Shown: positions 1 through 10,059 of the stretch, in pieces
Layout of the letters: the number at the start of each line of letters is the position of its first letter
Numbering within the stretch: position 1 is the first letter of the stretch
Assembly (NCBI GenBank): GCA_017610205.1
Contig: JAFCCL010000004.1
Coordinates: forward strand, 32,001 to 96,000
Source: Candidatus Iainarchaeum sp.
Lineage (GTDB): Archaea; Iainarchaeota; Iainarchaeia; Iainarchaeales; GCA-2688035
Length of the DNA: 64,000 bases
Reading direction: 5' to 3'
The notes under the pieces: model-generated
The model's database searches: none
Seen by the model: only the letters and a program-made list of their open reading frames with translations
What the model was told of the DNA's origin: nothing
Translations under genes and position numbers: made by a program

Positions 1-3000
1 AAAACTTGGTAGGTTAAAGTTATGTCACCCTCTGCATCTGCACCTTCACTAATTACATCGGCAACACCTGTACTGTCTTCAACTTCAATTAAGGCATATT
101 CTTCACCCATTAATATATTGTTCCTTATTGTGAAATCAATCCAGCCTTTGTGGTCTTTATCTGTGCTTATATAACTCCATTTTGCAGAAGTGACTTTGGT
201 AAGTAATTCAGGATCTCCCTTTGACTCCAAGGCAATTGTGTTTGCTATATGGCCAATTGAATAAGGCATTGAAACAGCACTTGAACGATAGCCATCAACT
301 GCACAGCCTGCAAGTGTGCTGTCAGGACCGTCAAGGTTTAAATTGCAAATATTGTGCTGACCCTGCCATATTGCGTTAATTGTTACGTCTTCCAAAAACT
401 TAGTGCCCTGCAAATAATATGTTTCTGTGTCAACCCAGCCAACGTTGTCAATTGCAGGGAAGGAAAGCCTTCGGTCGGCAATTGTGCTTCCTTCAACATA
501 AACTTTGTGCCAGCCATCTCCAAAAGCTTTATCCGAAGCAAGTGCTATTTGGTATGTTTCCTCCTTATCTCCCGCGGATGTTACAATAATTTTTTCAATT
601 TCTGGCTCTTTGGCTTCGGCTGAAGCAGTGTATGGCAATTCAGAGGTCACATTTGTCCAGGAGTCCCTGCTTGTTTGTGCCCAAACCCTGTGCCTGTTGC
701 CGCCATTGTGTTCTTCATCAGTCATTAAAAAATCAATCCAGTTTATGAAAACATATCCTCCACTGTCAACAATGTTGATAAAGAGATTTCCTCCTTCATC
801 AAAATCGGCTTGGTTGGTAAAAAGGTTTGTTTGCGAATCAAAGTCAACTTTTTGCTTTAGCTTTTCAACCCCTGGCTGTGTGAGAGGAGTATAAATCAGC
901 GAAAAAAGCTCTTCAACTGCACTATAATCATGCACCTTGTCAACCATTGGCAGCATCAAGTCCTCAAAATAAGTATAGTCCTTGTTTCTTATCAGCCCAT
1001 CTGACGGTCCGGCTTTAAGGTCAAAACTTGACTTCATTGCAGAATCGTCGCTAGGATATTCTGGGTCAGCAAGCCTGAATTTGCTGTTTGGGTCAGTAAC
1101 ATAAACTCTTGCAACTGCAAGCGGACCTGAAAATCCTGCGGCCGAATCATCAGATGCAAGCTTTGCCATTAACCCAATGCCATATTCACCCATGTAAATT
1201 GGATAAGGCGAATTTTCCACTGTTTCAGCATAAACAGTTATTGTTTCAGAGTAGCTTGGATTTAAATCAAATGGTTCGGAAGAATCAATTCCGTTTTCTG
1301 TCCTTAGTTCAGAGTTAAGCTGAATTACAACTGTTGAATCACAGCCATTTGTTATTGCAAAGGTGTCTGTTTGAGGGGTTGCTCCCAGAGCAGGCTTTTC
1401 AAAGCGAATGCTTACATCGCTTGAAGAATTTTTTTCAATTGAAATGCATTCAAGGTTTGGGTTTGGAATTGGAGGACTTGTGCCAACCTCTATTTCACTT
1501 TCAAAAGTTTTATAGCCTGCTTTTCTTACAGTAATCGTTACACTTGAAAGACCGGCCAGTTGCTCAATTCCACTTATCATGAATTCTCCAGCACTTCCAG
1601 TAATTGTAGTTAATGTACCAGTAGCTACTTCAAGGAACACTGTTGCCCCTTCTATTGGAGCAGCTTCCTGAAGAACTGAATCCATAACTTTTCCGTAAAG
1701 AGTTTGGCTTCCAATATTTGGATTCAGTTTGTCAGGAGTATGAGTAACTTTAAGCTCTAAATTGCTTTCAATTGCAAAGCCTATTTTCTTATAGGAAGGA
1801 CCGTCTTCTGTATCCAAAGTGAATTGCAGTCCTGTTGAAACTGTTTCCAAAACAGAATAGATTTGAACCTCTCCTGAAATTTCAGTATCTTTTTGGAAAG
1901 AAAATTGTTCAGTCAAAGCTTTTGGCCCGTGGTCAAATGGTTCTGATGATACAAACGAAACTGAAGTTGGAACAGGAGCAGTGTTTTCCGCAAATATTGT
2001 TGCATTGAAAAAATCACGGTTACTGCAATTGTAAATTCTGTATGAAAGAGTATATGCTTCATTCATTGAAAGCTGGTTTATTGCACCCAGAGCAGTGTCA
2101 ATTACTTCTATTGAACCGTCAGGCTTGGTGAGATTAAAAGCCCAGGCAAATTCTTCATCTTCACACAAGGCTGCATCAACAAGGAAAATTTTAACCTTGT
2201 TGGCAGTAACAGTTGTTTCTTCCCCTGATGTTGCCTTGGCAATGTAATGCAGTTTAAGTTCTTCTCCATCTTCAAGACCTGGTTCAACATTAAACTTTAC
2301 AACAAAGGGAACAACCTGTATTCCCTCCAAATCAGGATAATACAAATTTACCTGCTTTGCACTGGTGTCAACAGACGGCTGCATGCCATCAGGGCATTCA
2401 AGCGGATCAATAAAAGGGTCTTGAGCGGAATTATTCCAACAGCTTGACATCGGAGCTGCGGTAAAAAGCGGGCCTGTTACTCCCATTATTTTAATTTTGT
2501 ACCCATTTGGCAAAGGAAGATTTAATTCAGAGTCCAATCCAGCTCTTACATGCTGTACAATATCAGTGTAGGAAATATCTTCGGTAAAAAGAAGTTCAAA
2601 CCTTGCATAGTATGAAAGTGTTCCAAGTTTATCTGATTGAACCCAAGCTGTTTTGATTTCAGCATCTGAATCTTCATAAAGGCCTTCAAATATTGTGTCA
2701 ATTTTTCCAATTTCTGGCGAAATGCTTATTTCAGGCATCAGGCCTATTGAAACATCGGCTGTAACACCGTCCATTATATCAATTGTTGAAACAGACCACT
2801 CTGAAACAAAATTTGCTGCGGTTGCCATTACCAAAATTTCTCTGTCAGCAGGAATTGGATTTGATTCACATTTTCCATCAACATCAGTTTGACAACTTGC
2901 AATAACTATCATTGAACCATTTGCGTCAACAAAGTTAACAGTTGCGCCGGAAACAGGTGTTTGTAAGGAAGACTCCTGATTAAATACAAGAACTTCTACA

Positions 3001-4568
3001 GCGCCCTCACCAAGAACAAGAATAAGTTCCAAAAGCGCGCTTTCGCCTGCAACAACAGTTATTTGGCCAGACACCCCAGTAGGATTAAATGTTGCTCTTG
3101 CAAAATATGTTCCAGGCGCAAGATTTGTAAAAGTATAACTTCCATTTTCCAATGTTTGGCCAGGAGGAGTGTTAAGAGGAATTTCAGGATAGGTTACATC
3201 GTAAAGGGTTGCTTCAGCATCTTGAACAGGCTCAAGGGCTTCGTTTAAAACAGTAAGGGTTATTTTAGCACTTGTTGGATTTGGCTGCTCCAGTGTTGAA
3301 CGTGCCATTGGAACATTTATTGGCTCTGTATCTGAAAGCTCTTTAAGAGGAATGTTTGACTCGATTTTTGTTACAAAATCAGAGTGGGTTAACACAACCA
3401 GATAGGATGAATCAGGGTTTGAAAGATTTTTTTCAACTATTCCAAGGCTGGTGCTTGCAGTGCTATCAATCAAAACATTATTTTCATAAATAAAAGCCTG
3501 TGCATTTGAAACAGGGTTTGAAGTGCCTTGTTCTATAAGCTTTAAGTAAATTTTTTTCATATCTACCTGGTCTGCATTTGGCAAAGTAATTGTTATAGTA
3601 GTTGTTTCACCAACACTAACCAGAATTCCTGACTTTTGACCTGTTCTTCCATCAGGCGAACTTGCAGAAACCGTGTAATTTCCTGGAGCAAGATCTGACA
3701 AAAGCGCTGTACCACTTAATGATGTGCTTGAACTTGCTTTCTCAGAGTTACTTGTTTCATCTAATGCCCTTACAGTAACATCAGGCTCTTTGTTTCCTGA
3801 ATCGTCTTTTACTATTACAGTAATGCTCCCAGTAGTGCTTTTGGAAGTCATTCTGATATAAGTTACACTTGAAGAAATGCTTTTGCTTGCCTTGTCATAA
3901 CCAGAAGCATCTGCTGTTGCAGTTAATGTTGGACAGTTGCTTGGCTGCACTACCTTGAACTCGCCTGTGTTGCCAGATTGTGATGGAGGGGCAAAGCCCC
4001 CATTGGTGCACACAAAACTTAGAGTGACATTGCTTATAGTCCTGTTTGTTTTGCTATCAACTACTTTAATTGTCCTGTCAGAATCCTGAAGAGAAACTGC
4101 AGGAATTTCAGGCTGCATTGTAACCGAAACCGTTTCATCAGCTAGTAAAAAAATTGAACTTTTAAGGTCTTGAAAGCCATCCTTGGAAAACAAGGCTTCT
4201 GCTTTAATCTCCTTTTCAGGAATATCAACCCTTGCCTCACCCCAGCCATCGGTAAGAAACTCTACAGTCTGCCCGTCCATAACCAAATTTACCAATGTTC
4301 CGTCAAGCACCTGGTTTTGATTGTCAACAACCTTAATTGTTGCGGTCAAAACACCGCCTGAAGTGAACACAACAATGAAAAAAACTGCGAGCAAAAATGC
4401 TAATGCAATCAAAAGTGCAAACGACGGCACTATCTTGTCAATTGGGTCAGTTATCTTATAAACAGGAATATGCTGGTTTATTTTGTCCAAAATATGGTAA
4501 TATCTGTCTTCAAGGAAATAGTATCCTTTCTTGAAATAGCCAACAATTTTTTCCAAGGGATTGCCCAT
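1..4568 (-). CDS. Giant membrane-anchored surface protein with carboxypeptidase-regulatory-like/Ig-like repeats (3' partial, >1520 aa)
   Basis: ATG at 4568 (MGNPLEKIVGYFKK...), N-terminal TM helix (FALLIALAFLLAVFFIVVF), repeated beta-sandwich motifs (ITVIVKDDSGNKEPDVTV, DLAPGNYTVSA, NLAPGTYFA). Frame appears open to the window edge, so it is missing from the ORF track. Confidence 0.85.
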   Translation of the reverse strand, partial: MGNPLEKIVGYFKKGYYFLEDRYYHILDKINQHIPVYKITDPIDKIVPSFALLIALAFLLAVFFIVVFTSGGVLTATIKVVDNQNQVLDGTLVNLVMDGQTVEFLTDGWGEARVDIPEKEIKAEALFSKDGFQDLKSSIFLLADETVSVTMQPEIPAVSLQDSDRTIKVVDSKTNRTISNVTLSFVCTNGGFAPPSQSGNTGEFKVVQPSNCPTLTATADASGYDKASKSISSSVTYIRMTSKSTTGSITVIVKDDSGNKEPDVTVRALDETSNSEKASSSTSLSGTALLSDLAPGNYTVSASSPDGRTGQKSGILVSVGETTTITITLPNADQVDMKKIYLKLIEQGTSNPVSNAQAFIYENNVLIDSTASTSLGIVEKNLSNPDSSYLVVLTHSDFVTKIESNIPLKELSDTEPINVPMARSTLEQPNPTSAKITLTVLNEALEPVQDAEATLYDVTYPEIPLNTPPGQTLENGSYTFTNLAPGTYFARATFNPTGVSGQITVVAGESALLELILVLGEGAVEVLVFNQESSLQTPVSGATVNFVDANGSMIVIASCQTDVDGKCESNPIPADREILVMATAANFVSEWSVSTIDIMDGVTADVSIGLMPEISISPEIGKIDTIFEGLYEDSDAEIKTAWVQSDKLGTLSYYARFELLFTEDISYTDIVQHVRAGLDSELNLPLPNGYKIKIMGVTGPLFTAAPMSSCWNNSAQDPFIDPLECPDGMQPSVDTSAKQVNLYYPDLEGIQVVPFVVKFNVEPGLEDGEELKLHYIAKATSGEETTVTANKVKIFLVDAALCEDEEFAWAFNLTKPDGSIEVIDTALGAINQLSMNEAYTLSYRIYNCSNRDFFNATIFAENTAPVPTSVSFVSSEPFDHGPKALTEQFSFQKDTEISGEVQIYSVLETVSTGLQFTLDTEDGPSYKKIGFAIESNLELKVTHTPDKLNPNIGSQTLYGKVMDSVLQEAAPIEGATVFLEVATGTLTTITGSAGEFMISGIEQLAGLSSVTITVRKAGYKTFESEIEVGTSPPIPNPNLECISIEKNSSSDVSIRFEKPALGATPQTDTFAITNGCDSTVVIQLNSELRTENGIDSSEPFDLNPSYSETITVYAETVENSPYPIYMGEYGIGLMAKLASDDSAAGFSGPLAVARVYVTDPNSKFRLADPEYPSDDSAMKSSFDLKAGPSDGLIRNKDYTYFEDLMLPMVDKVHDYSAVEELFSLIYTPLTQPGVEKLKQKVDFDSQTNLFTNQADFDEGGNLFINIVDSGGYVFINWIDFLMTDEEHNGGNRHRVWAQTSRDSWTNVTSELPYTASAEAKEPEIEKIIVTSAGDKEETYQIALASDKAFGDGWHKVYVEGSTIADRRLSFPAIDNVGWVDTETYYLQGTKFLEDVTINAIWQGQHNICNLNLDGPDSTLAGCAVDGYRSSAVSMPYSIGHIANTIALESKGDPELLTKVTSAKWSYISTDKDHKGWIDFTIRNNILMGEEYALIEVEDSTGVADVISEGADAEGDITLTYQV

Positions 4569-4646
4569 TAAGAACACTCTGCTAAAAAGCCTTTTAGGAG
4601 GCTTATATTTTTCATTAATAGAATAGTTTTAGTATTAATAAATTTT

Positions 4647-5576
4647 GTGCAGGCAAGATTATTGTTGATAATGCAGGAAAAACAAGGTGCTGAAGTTGCA
4701 GAAATAAAACTTGGATACGAATGCAATAATAACTGCATTTTTTGCCTAAATGAACATATGAAACCCCTTGGCAAACTCTCTTTTGAAAAAGCAAAAAAGG
4801 CAATTGACAGGGCAAAATCCCTTAAATGCAAAACTGTTATTTTTACAGGGGGAGAACCAAGCATTAGACCGGATTTTTTTGAATTATGCAATTATGCAAA
4901 AAAACAAGGGCTTGAAATTGAAATTCAGACAAACGGCAGAAAATTTTCTGAAAAAGAATTTGCAGAAAAAATTTCAGCTCTTGGAATTAAATTGTTTGTT
5001 GTTTCAATTCACGCACACAATGCAAAATTGAACAAAATTCTGACAGGAACAGATTCTTTTAATGAAACAATTCAGGGAATCAAAAACCTTGCATTGCTTG
5101 GAAACAAAATTGTTTCAAATACCGTTATAACAAAACAAAACATGCAAAATTTGAAAGAAATTGCAAAAATGCTTCTTGAACTAAACGTTGCAAAGGTTCA
5201 GATTACATGGCCTGAAGCAAGCGGTGCAGCACTGGCAAACTTTGAAACAGTTGTGCCAAGACTCAGCCAAGCAGCCCCTTTTGTAAGAGAAGCTTTGTTT
5301 GATGAACGAATAGGAATTGCCGGAATGCCACTGTGCACAATTGGAAAAACGTTTGAAAAATTTTGCGCTTTTCAACAGGAAAAAGTTGACTTTGATTTTG
5401 GAAAAGTGTGCAAATCAACAAAAGAAAGAAGAAAAAAGGAACGGGTTGAAAAGCCAGAGTTTTGCAGCAGGTGTGAAGCAAACCAGTACTGTGACGGAGT
5501 ATGCAAACAATACCTTAAAAAAAATGGCGCAACAGAGCTAAAGCCAATTCACAAAAAAAGAATAATGCATTTTTAA
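4647..5576 (+). CDS. Radical SAM protein with C-terminal Cys cluster
   Basis: CNNNCIFC (CxxxCxxC), FTGGEP, QTNG, C-terminal CSRCEANQYCDG; true start may be ATG 4671. Confidence 0.9.
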   Translation: MQARLLLIMQEKQGAEVAEIKLGYECNNNCIFCLNEHMKPLGKLSFEKAKKAIDRAKSLKCKTVIFTGGEPSIRPDFFELCNYAKKQGLEIEIQTNGRKFSEKEFAEKISALGIKLFVVSIHAHNAKLNKILTGTDSFNETIQGIKNLALLGNKIVSNTVITKQNMQNLKEIAKMLLELNVAKVQITWPEASGAALANFETVVPRLSQAAPFVREALFDERIGIAGMPLCTIGKTFEKFCAFQQEKVDFDFGKVCKSTKERRKKERVEKPEFCSRCEANQYCDGVCKQYLKKNGATELKPIHKKRIMHF

Positions 5577-5588
5577 CGAAACAGATTT

Positions 5589-5633
5589 TTAGCTTCTTTG
5601 CCCAATTGCAACCTAATTCCTTTGCCCAATTGC
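5589..5633 (-). repeat. Duplicated 3' end of hel308 (14-bp exact core 5596-5609 / 5620-5633)
   Basis: Gene ends AIGQRN*; downstream copy reads AIGQRS*. Confidence 0.75.
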
Positions 5634-7718
5634 TTCCTTTACCTTTTTTGCAACACCCTCACCCAAAATTCTTGACAGGTCCTTTTTGTCAATTTTTTTC
5701 AAATCTGAAACAGACCTTACATTGCTGCGCCAAAGCCTTCTTGCCCTCGCCCTTCCAATATTTCTTACCTCTGTAAGGCACAAAAGTTCCTCTTTTACAC
5801 CATACTTCAGCCGTTTCCTAAGCTTTGACAACGCAACAAAATGCATTTCAAGATTCAAAAGTTTTGCAATCTCAAGGGCAGAATAGCAAAGCCAGTCACA
5901 GCGATTAAGTTTTGCATGCAAAATTCCAGGCTGTGTTTTAAAGTCATCCATAATTGTTTGTTCCCTTGCCTCATCAATCCACAGTCCAATCATTTCAGCA
6001 GTGTTAAATTTTCGCAAAAGATTTAAGTCAAAAAACATTTCGCTGTCAAGATTAATAGGCATTTCAAGCTTGTGCAACTGCAATTGCTCCCAGAGCTCTG
6101 GTTCCCTTGCCTTTGGAACAGAAAGCCAGGGTATCATTTCACTGCAGTTGCATAAAAGGAAAAGATAGGAAAGTGGTGAAAATTTTGAAGAGGAATTCAT
6201 TCCCTTAATCATTTCAAAAGCACTCATTGGATCAAGATAGAGTTCGCTTATGCGCCTGCCCAAAGCAGTTGCCTCAATTCTTTTTTCATCAGATTCAACA
6301 AAGCCCATTTCCTCAAGCTGTTCAAGCACACTCTGCAGCTTTTCAAACAAAGCCTGCATGTTTCCAAATTGTTTTGCATAAAATGTTTTTTTGAAAAAGG
6401 ATTCAATGCTTGCAAGGTCAAAAACAAAATTGCTTGCAACAAGGGCAAGCATGTGCATTCTAAGAACTGGTTCAACCCCAAGCCTTGACCCAATAGGCTC
6501 TATTGCTCCGTTGACATATTTTTCCAAAAGCTCGTCTTTTTCGGTTTCGCACCTTGCCACAATAATTCCTCTTCCCTCCGTGTCATAGCGCGGTCTTCCA
6601 GCACGTCCAACTTGTTGTTTGAATTCAGCAACAGGAATGCGAACCATTCCAGCAGCAGTGTACCTGTAAAGCGACGGAATTATCACAGTATGGCTTGGAA
6701 GGTTGACGCCAGCGCAAAGCGTCGGCGTGGCAGCAATAAGCCTTACTTTGTTTGACCTAAATGCATCTTCAACCAAAGTCCTTTGCTTTGAAAGCAATCC
6801 TGCGTGATGAAAGGCAACTCCTTTTGAAACAAGACTGGAAAGTTTTCTGCATTGTTCGGTTGGAGACTCCAAGACCGAAAGAATTTTTTCACCTTCCTTT
6901 CCTAAATCATTTTTTTCCTCATCCTTCAGCTCTTTTTCAACAAGCGGAGCAAGCTGTGCAGCAATATTTTCAGCCCTCTTTCTGGTGTTTGCAAAAATCA
7001 TTGCCTGCTTTCCTTTAGCAAACAACGTGTCCTTAACCAATGCCTTTACAGGCTCTTTCAAATCAAGCTGTTCTCTTTTTCCCTTTCCATAATCTATTTC
7101 ACCATCAAAAAAAATTCCTTCCCTTAAAGGAATTGGCCTGTAATTGCTTTCAACCAATTCGGCTCCAAGCCATTCCGAAAGCTCTCCTGCATTTGGAATT
7201 GTCGCACTCAAAGAAAGAATTCTTAGCCGTGGATTAAGATGCCTCAATTTTGTTACAGTCATTTCAATTGTCGGACCCCTGTCAGAGCCAAGCATGTGAA
7301 CTTCGTCAATTACAAGCAGTGCAACAGACACAAGCCAGTCAGCCCTGTGGCGAAGCAATGAATCAAGCTTTTCATAAGTTGAGAAAATGATGTCATAATT
7401 TTGCAAGTGTCTGCTGCTTGAATCAAGTTCTCCTGTACTAAGCCCTGCTCTTATTTTTAATTCAGAACAATACTTTTTTTTGAATTCAGAAAAATGCTCA
7501 GAGGCAAGGGCTCTCAAAGGACAGGTGTAAATTACTTTTCGTTTTTTGTTCATTATTGAATCCAGTGAAGCAATTTCTGCAAGCAAAGTCTTTCCTGACG
7601 CAGTTGGCGCAGAAACAACAACGCTTTTTTCAAAAAAACCCTTTTTCAATGCCTTAGCCTGCATTGGATTAAATTTGGAAATTCCACTAAGCTTTAACGC
7701 CTGCTTTTTTGCATCCAT
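5613..7718 (-). CDS. hel308: Ski2-like ATP-dependent DNA helicase Hel308
   Basis: APTASGKT, DEVH, LSAT, FHHAGL, QQVGRAGRP, C-terminal HhH (NIGRARARRL). Confidence 0.95.
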   Translation of the reverse strand: MDAKKQALKLSGISKFNPMQAKALKKGFFEKSVVVSAPTASGKTLLAEIASLDSIMNKKRKVIYTCPLRALASEHFSEFKKKYCSELKIRAGLSTGELDSSSRHLQNYDIIFSTYEKLDSLLRHRADWLVSVALLVIDEVHMLGSDRGPTIEMTVTKLRHLNPRLRILSLSATIPNAGELSEWLGAELVESNYRPIPLREGIFFDGEIDYGKGKREQLDLKEPVKALVKDTLFAKGKQAMIFANTRKRAENIAAQLAPLVEKELKDEEKNDLGKEGEKILSVLESPTEQCRKLSSLVSKGVAFHHAGLLSKQRTLVEDAFRSNKVRLIAATPTLCAGVNLPSHTVIIPSLYRYTAAGMVRIPVAEFKQQVGRAGRPRYDTEGRGIIVARCETEKDELLEKYVNGAIEPIGSRLGVEPVLRMHMLALVASNFVFDLASIESFFKKTFYAKQFGNMQALFEKLQSVLEQLEEMGFVESDEKRIEATALGRRISELYLDPMSAFEMIKGMNSSSKFSPLSYLFLLCNCSEMIPWLSVPKAREPELWEQLQLHKLEMPINLDSEMFFDLNLLRKFNTAEMIGLWIDEAREQTIMDDFKTQPGILHAKLNRCDWLCYSALEIAKLLNLEMHFVALSKLRKRLKYGVKEELLCLTEVRNIGRARARRLWRSNVRSVSDLKKIDKKDLSRILGEGVAKKVKEAIGQRN

Positions 7719-7741
7719 TCAAATAATTTTCCATGAATGGC

Positions 7742-7777
7742 TTTAAAAGGAAAAGCAGGGTAGCTTTCCGGTAAAAA
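7742..7777 (-). promoter_or_regulatory. hel308 promoter: TATA-like TTTAAA plus upstream 13-bp motif (TTTCCGGTAAAAA on + strand)
   Basis: TTTAAA at 7742-7747, 24 nt from the start; motif at 7765-7777 recurs at 9239, 29736 and 32045. Confidence 0.55.
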
Positions 7778-7778
7778 A

Positions 7779-7867
7779 TTAATTCGCAGAACATTCTGAA
7801 GATTCAACAAGCTGGTTGAAAGAATTAACTTCAGGAACATTCAGATGATTCAACAAGCTGGTTGAAA
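7779..7867 (-). repeat. Duplicated 3' end of the lipoprotein gene (33 bp, 7789-7821 / 7835-7867)
   Basis: Two mismatches, both synonymous; FNQLVESSECS* vs FNQLVESSECSAN*. Confidence 0.85.
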
Positions 7868-8409
7868 TAAGAAAGGTTTTCCGGGCGATTTTCCTTGTCA
7901 TTCATTAAAAGCACTGCAACAATCTTGTTATTGCAAAAAGTAACTGCAATATCTGACAAAACAGTGGTTTCTTCGTCCGATGCTTCTGATTCAAGCACAA
8001 CCCAGTCAAGCTGCCCTATTCTTTTTATTTCAGGATGGCTGGACATGTTTATTCCTGAAATTTCTGTTGCATTAATCCAATCAAGTGGAATTTCAGATAC
8101 GTTGGAATATCCCCTTTCATTGTCAGCCATTAAAATTCCTATAAAACTCATTTCCGAATCATCGCCTTCGTTCTTCATAAGCAAAAAAACCGGTTCACTT
8201 CCAGTATCAGAAACCAGTGCATTGAAAATCGCCTGACCTAAAGGGGCATTAGTCCAGTCAATCCATTCACTGCTTGCAGGTGCAATCATGCTAAAGCCAT
8301 ATTTTTCAAAAGACTTTGGTTCCTCAATTGGCTCTGGCGCAGAACCAAGGCATCCGCTGAAAGCAACAACTGCAAGAAAAAAACATGCAAGAAAAATTCC
8401 TTTTTTCAT
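7831..8409 (-). CDS. Predicted lipoprotein, unknown function
   Basis: Signal peptide with lipobox-like AFSGC; acidic soluble domain. Confidence 0.75.
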   Translation of the reverse strand: MKKGIFLACFFLAVVAFSGCLGSAPEPIEEPKSFEKYGFSMIAPASSEWIDWTNAPLGQAIFNALVSDTGSEPVFLLMKNEGDDSEMSFIGILMADNERGYSNVSEIPLDWINATEISGINMSSHPEIKRIGQLDWVVLESEASDEETTVLSDIAVTFCNNKIVAVLLMNDKENRPENLSYFNQLVESSECS

Positions 8410-8464
8410 AACCTAAAAAAAGACCGAAATTGTATTTAAAACTTGCCTTATTTAAAAAAAAATG

Positions 8465-8974
8465 TTAAAATTGTTTTTTCCCTGAAAAAAATAGGAATGC
8501 AAGAACTGAAAAGGCAATCAAAGGCAGCAAAAGAACGGAAAATTCCGGAACAGGAGGCGGTTTGGAAATGAAAAGAGTTAAAGTCTTGAACTTTTGCGCA
8601 TGCAGGGAAGGGATGCCATCACCAACAGTTGGATAAAAGAAATAAAGGCCAGGTCCCCAGTTTCCTTGAACATTAACAGTAAAATTATGATTATCAGTGT
8701 TACCAACAGCCACAGGAATTGAACTTAAGCTGCTAGCAATAAATTTTTGGACACCTGCACTATCCTTAACAACAAGGCCAACAGTTGTACTGCCATCAGT
8801 GTCGCCAATATTCCTAATCACCACATCAACATCAACATTCACAGAACCTGCAGGGCCAACAGAAACAAAAGTATCTGACAAATCAAAGGAAAAAATCTGG
8901 AACTCGGCTTGGGCAAAAGCGTTGCCTGCAAAAAACAGAACAAAAAGCAGTGAAAGGAAATGCAATAATTTCAT
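8465..8974 (-). CDS. Secreted single Ig/CARDB-like domain protein with VPEF-CTERM anchor
   Basis: Signal peptide; C-terminus PPPVPEF + TM helix + KK. Confidence 0.8.
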   Translation of the reverse strand: MKLLHFLSLLFVLFFAGNAFAQAEFQIFSFDLSDTFVSVGPAGSVNVDVDVVIRNIGDTDGSTTVGLVVKDSAGVQKFIASSLSSIPVAVGNTDNHNFTVNVQGNWGPGLYFFYPTVGDGIPSLHAQKFKTLTLFISKPPPVPEFSVLLLPLIAFSVLAFLFFSGKKQF

Positions 8975-9076
8975 TCACATAAAAAAAGGCAAAAGGAGTA
9001 TTTAAAGCTTGACAAAGCCCTAAAAGCTTGACCATCTTGCAAGTTCCTGCATTGCATTTATATCCTGGTCAAGAGC

Positions 9077-9190
9077 ATGAGCCAAAACCAGGTTACTTTT
9101 TGAACACCTGCCATTTTTTTGGGCCTTGACTTGCATTGGATTAAACCATGAAATGCCATAGAGCCCAAGAACCTTTTTTTTCACATTCGT
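9077..9190 (-). pseudogene. Decayed copy of the hel308 5' end
   Basis: TNVKKKVLGLYGISWFNPMQVKAQKNG vs Hel308 MDAKKQALKLSGISKFNPMQAKALKKG (16/27 identical); ACG in place of ATG; TTTAAA at similar spacing. Confidence 0.8.
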
Positions 9191-9256
9191 GTAATTAATT
9201 GGTTTGTAAATGGGTTTAAAATTAAGGCAAGGAGTTGGTTTCAGGTAGAAAAAAAT

Positions 9257-9511
9257 CTACTCAAATATTATTTTTTCAATTTCTGACTTCATTTTGACAT
9301 TGAGTGAAACATGCAGGCCATAGCCAGTGGGCTTTTTCACAATTATTCCTTCTCTTGCAAGCTGCTCCAATTCTTTCTTGACCTCTTTCCACAACTCTTT
9401 TGGAAAGCCTTTGGGAATGTTGTCAAAAGCAGTGTGCTTTCCGCCCCACCACCTGTGCCTAACCATTTTGCGCAAAATTCGCCTTCTAATCCCAAAAGAA
9501 GAAAGTTTCAT
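9257..9511 (-). CDS. Small basic winged-helix-like hypothetical protein
   Basis: WGGKHT...IPKGFP...LEQLAREGIIVKKPTGYGLHVSLN pattern; 84 aa. Confidence 0.7.
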   Translation of the reverse strand: MKLSSFGIRRRILRKMVRHRWWGGKHTAFDNIPKGFPKELWKEVKKELEQLAREGIIVKKPTGYGLHVSLNVKMKSEIEKIIFE

Positions 9512-9581
9512 TTATTGAAACATTAAGAGTAAAATATTTAAACTTAATTGTGGCTAGTAAAATATAGATTTAGATAAATAT

Positions 9582-9929
9582 TTGAAGGTGAATGATGCAA
9601 TGACTAAAGACAAATCCTTGTTTGTGGAATTTTTTGGAGACTATCCAATAATTAGGGTGCTGGACTTCCTGATAGAAAATGACATTTTTGACTACTCAAA
9701 AAAAGACATTGGCAGGAATGCCGACGTTTCCTGGAACACGCTGGAAAATTTTTGGAGTAGGCTGGAGGAAACAGGGGTTGTAACCTACACCAGAAAGGTT
9801 GGCAAGGCAAAAATGTACAAGGTCAACACAAAAAACCAAGTGGTGCAGCAGCTGATTGAGCTGGACAACAAGTTAATGAAAAATTCAATGGAAAAACTTG
9901 AGCCAGAAAAACTAAAAGCGCTTGCGTGA
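9582..9929 (+). CDS. Winged helix-turn-helix protein
   Basis: RVLDFLIE...YSKKDIGRNADVSWNTL...LEETGVVTYTRKVGKAKMYKVN. Confidence 0.8.
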   Translation: MKVNDAMTKDKSLFVEFFGDYPIIRVLDFLIENDIFDYSKKDIGRNADVSWNTLENFWSRLEETGVVTYTRKVGKAKMYKVNTKNQVVQQLIELDNKLMKNSMEKLEPEKLKALA

Positions 9930-10059
9930 AAAATATAAGTTTATAATATTAGAAAAAGATACGATTAATGAGGTAAGAACAATTCCAAGACTAACGAAGA
10001 AACCTTTCATTACAAAGACCTGGAACAACAAACGGTAAAAAGTAAAGACAAAAAGTAAT

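Noticed and set aside
354-4361. Short ORFs here and the many antisense ORFs elsewhere in the track
   Set aside because: They are shadows of longer genes on the opposite strand or frame, including the two edge-truncated genes the track misses.
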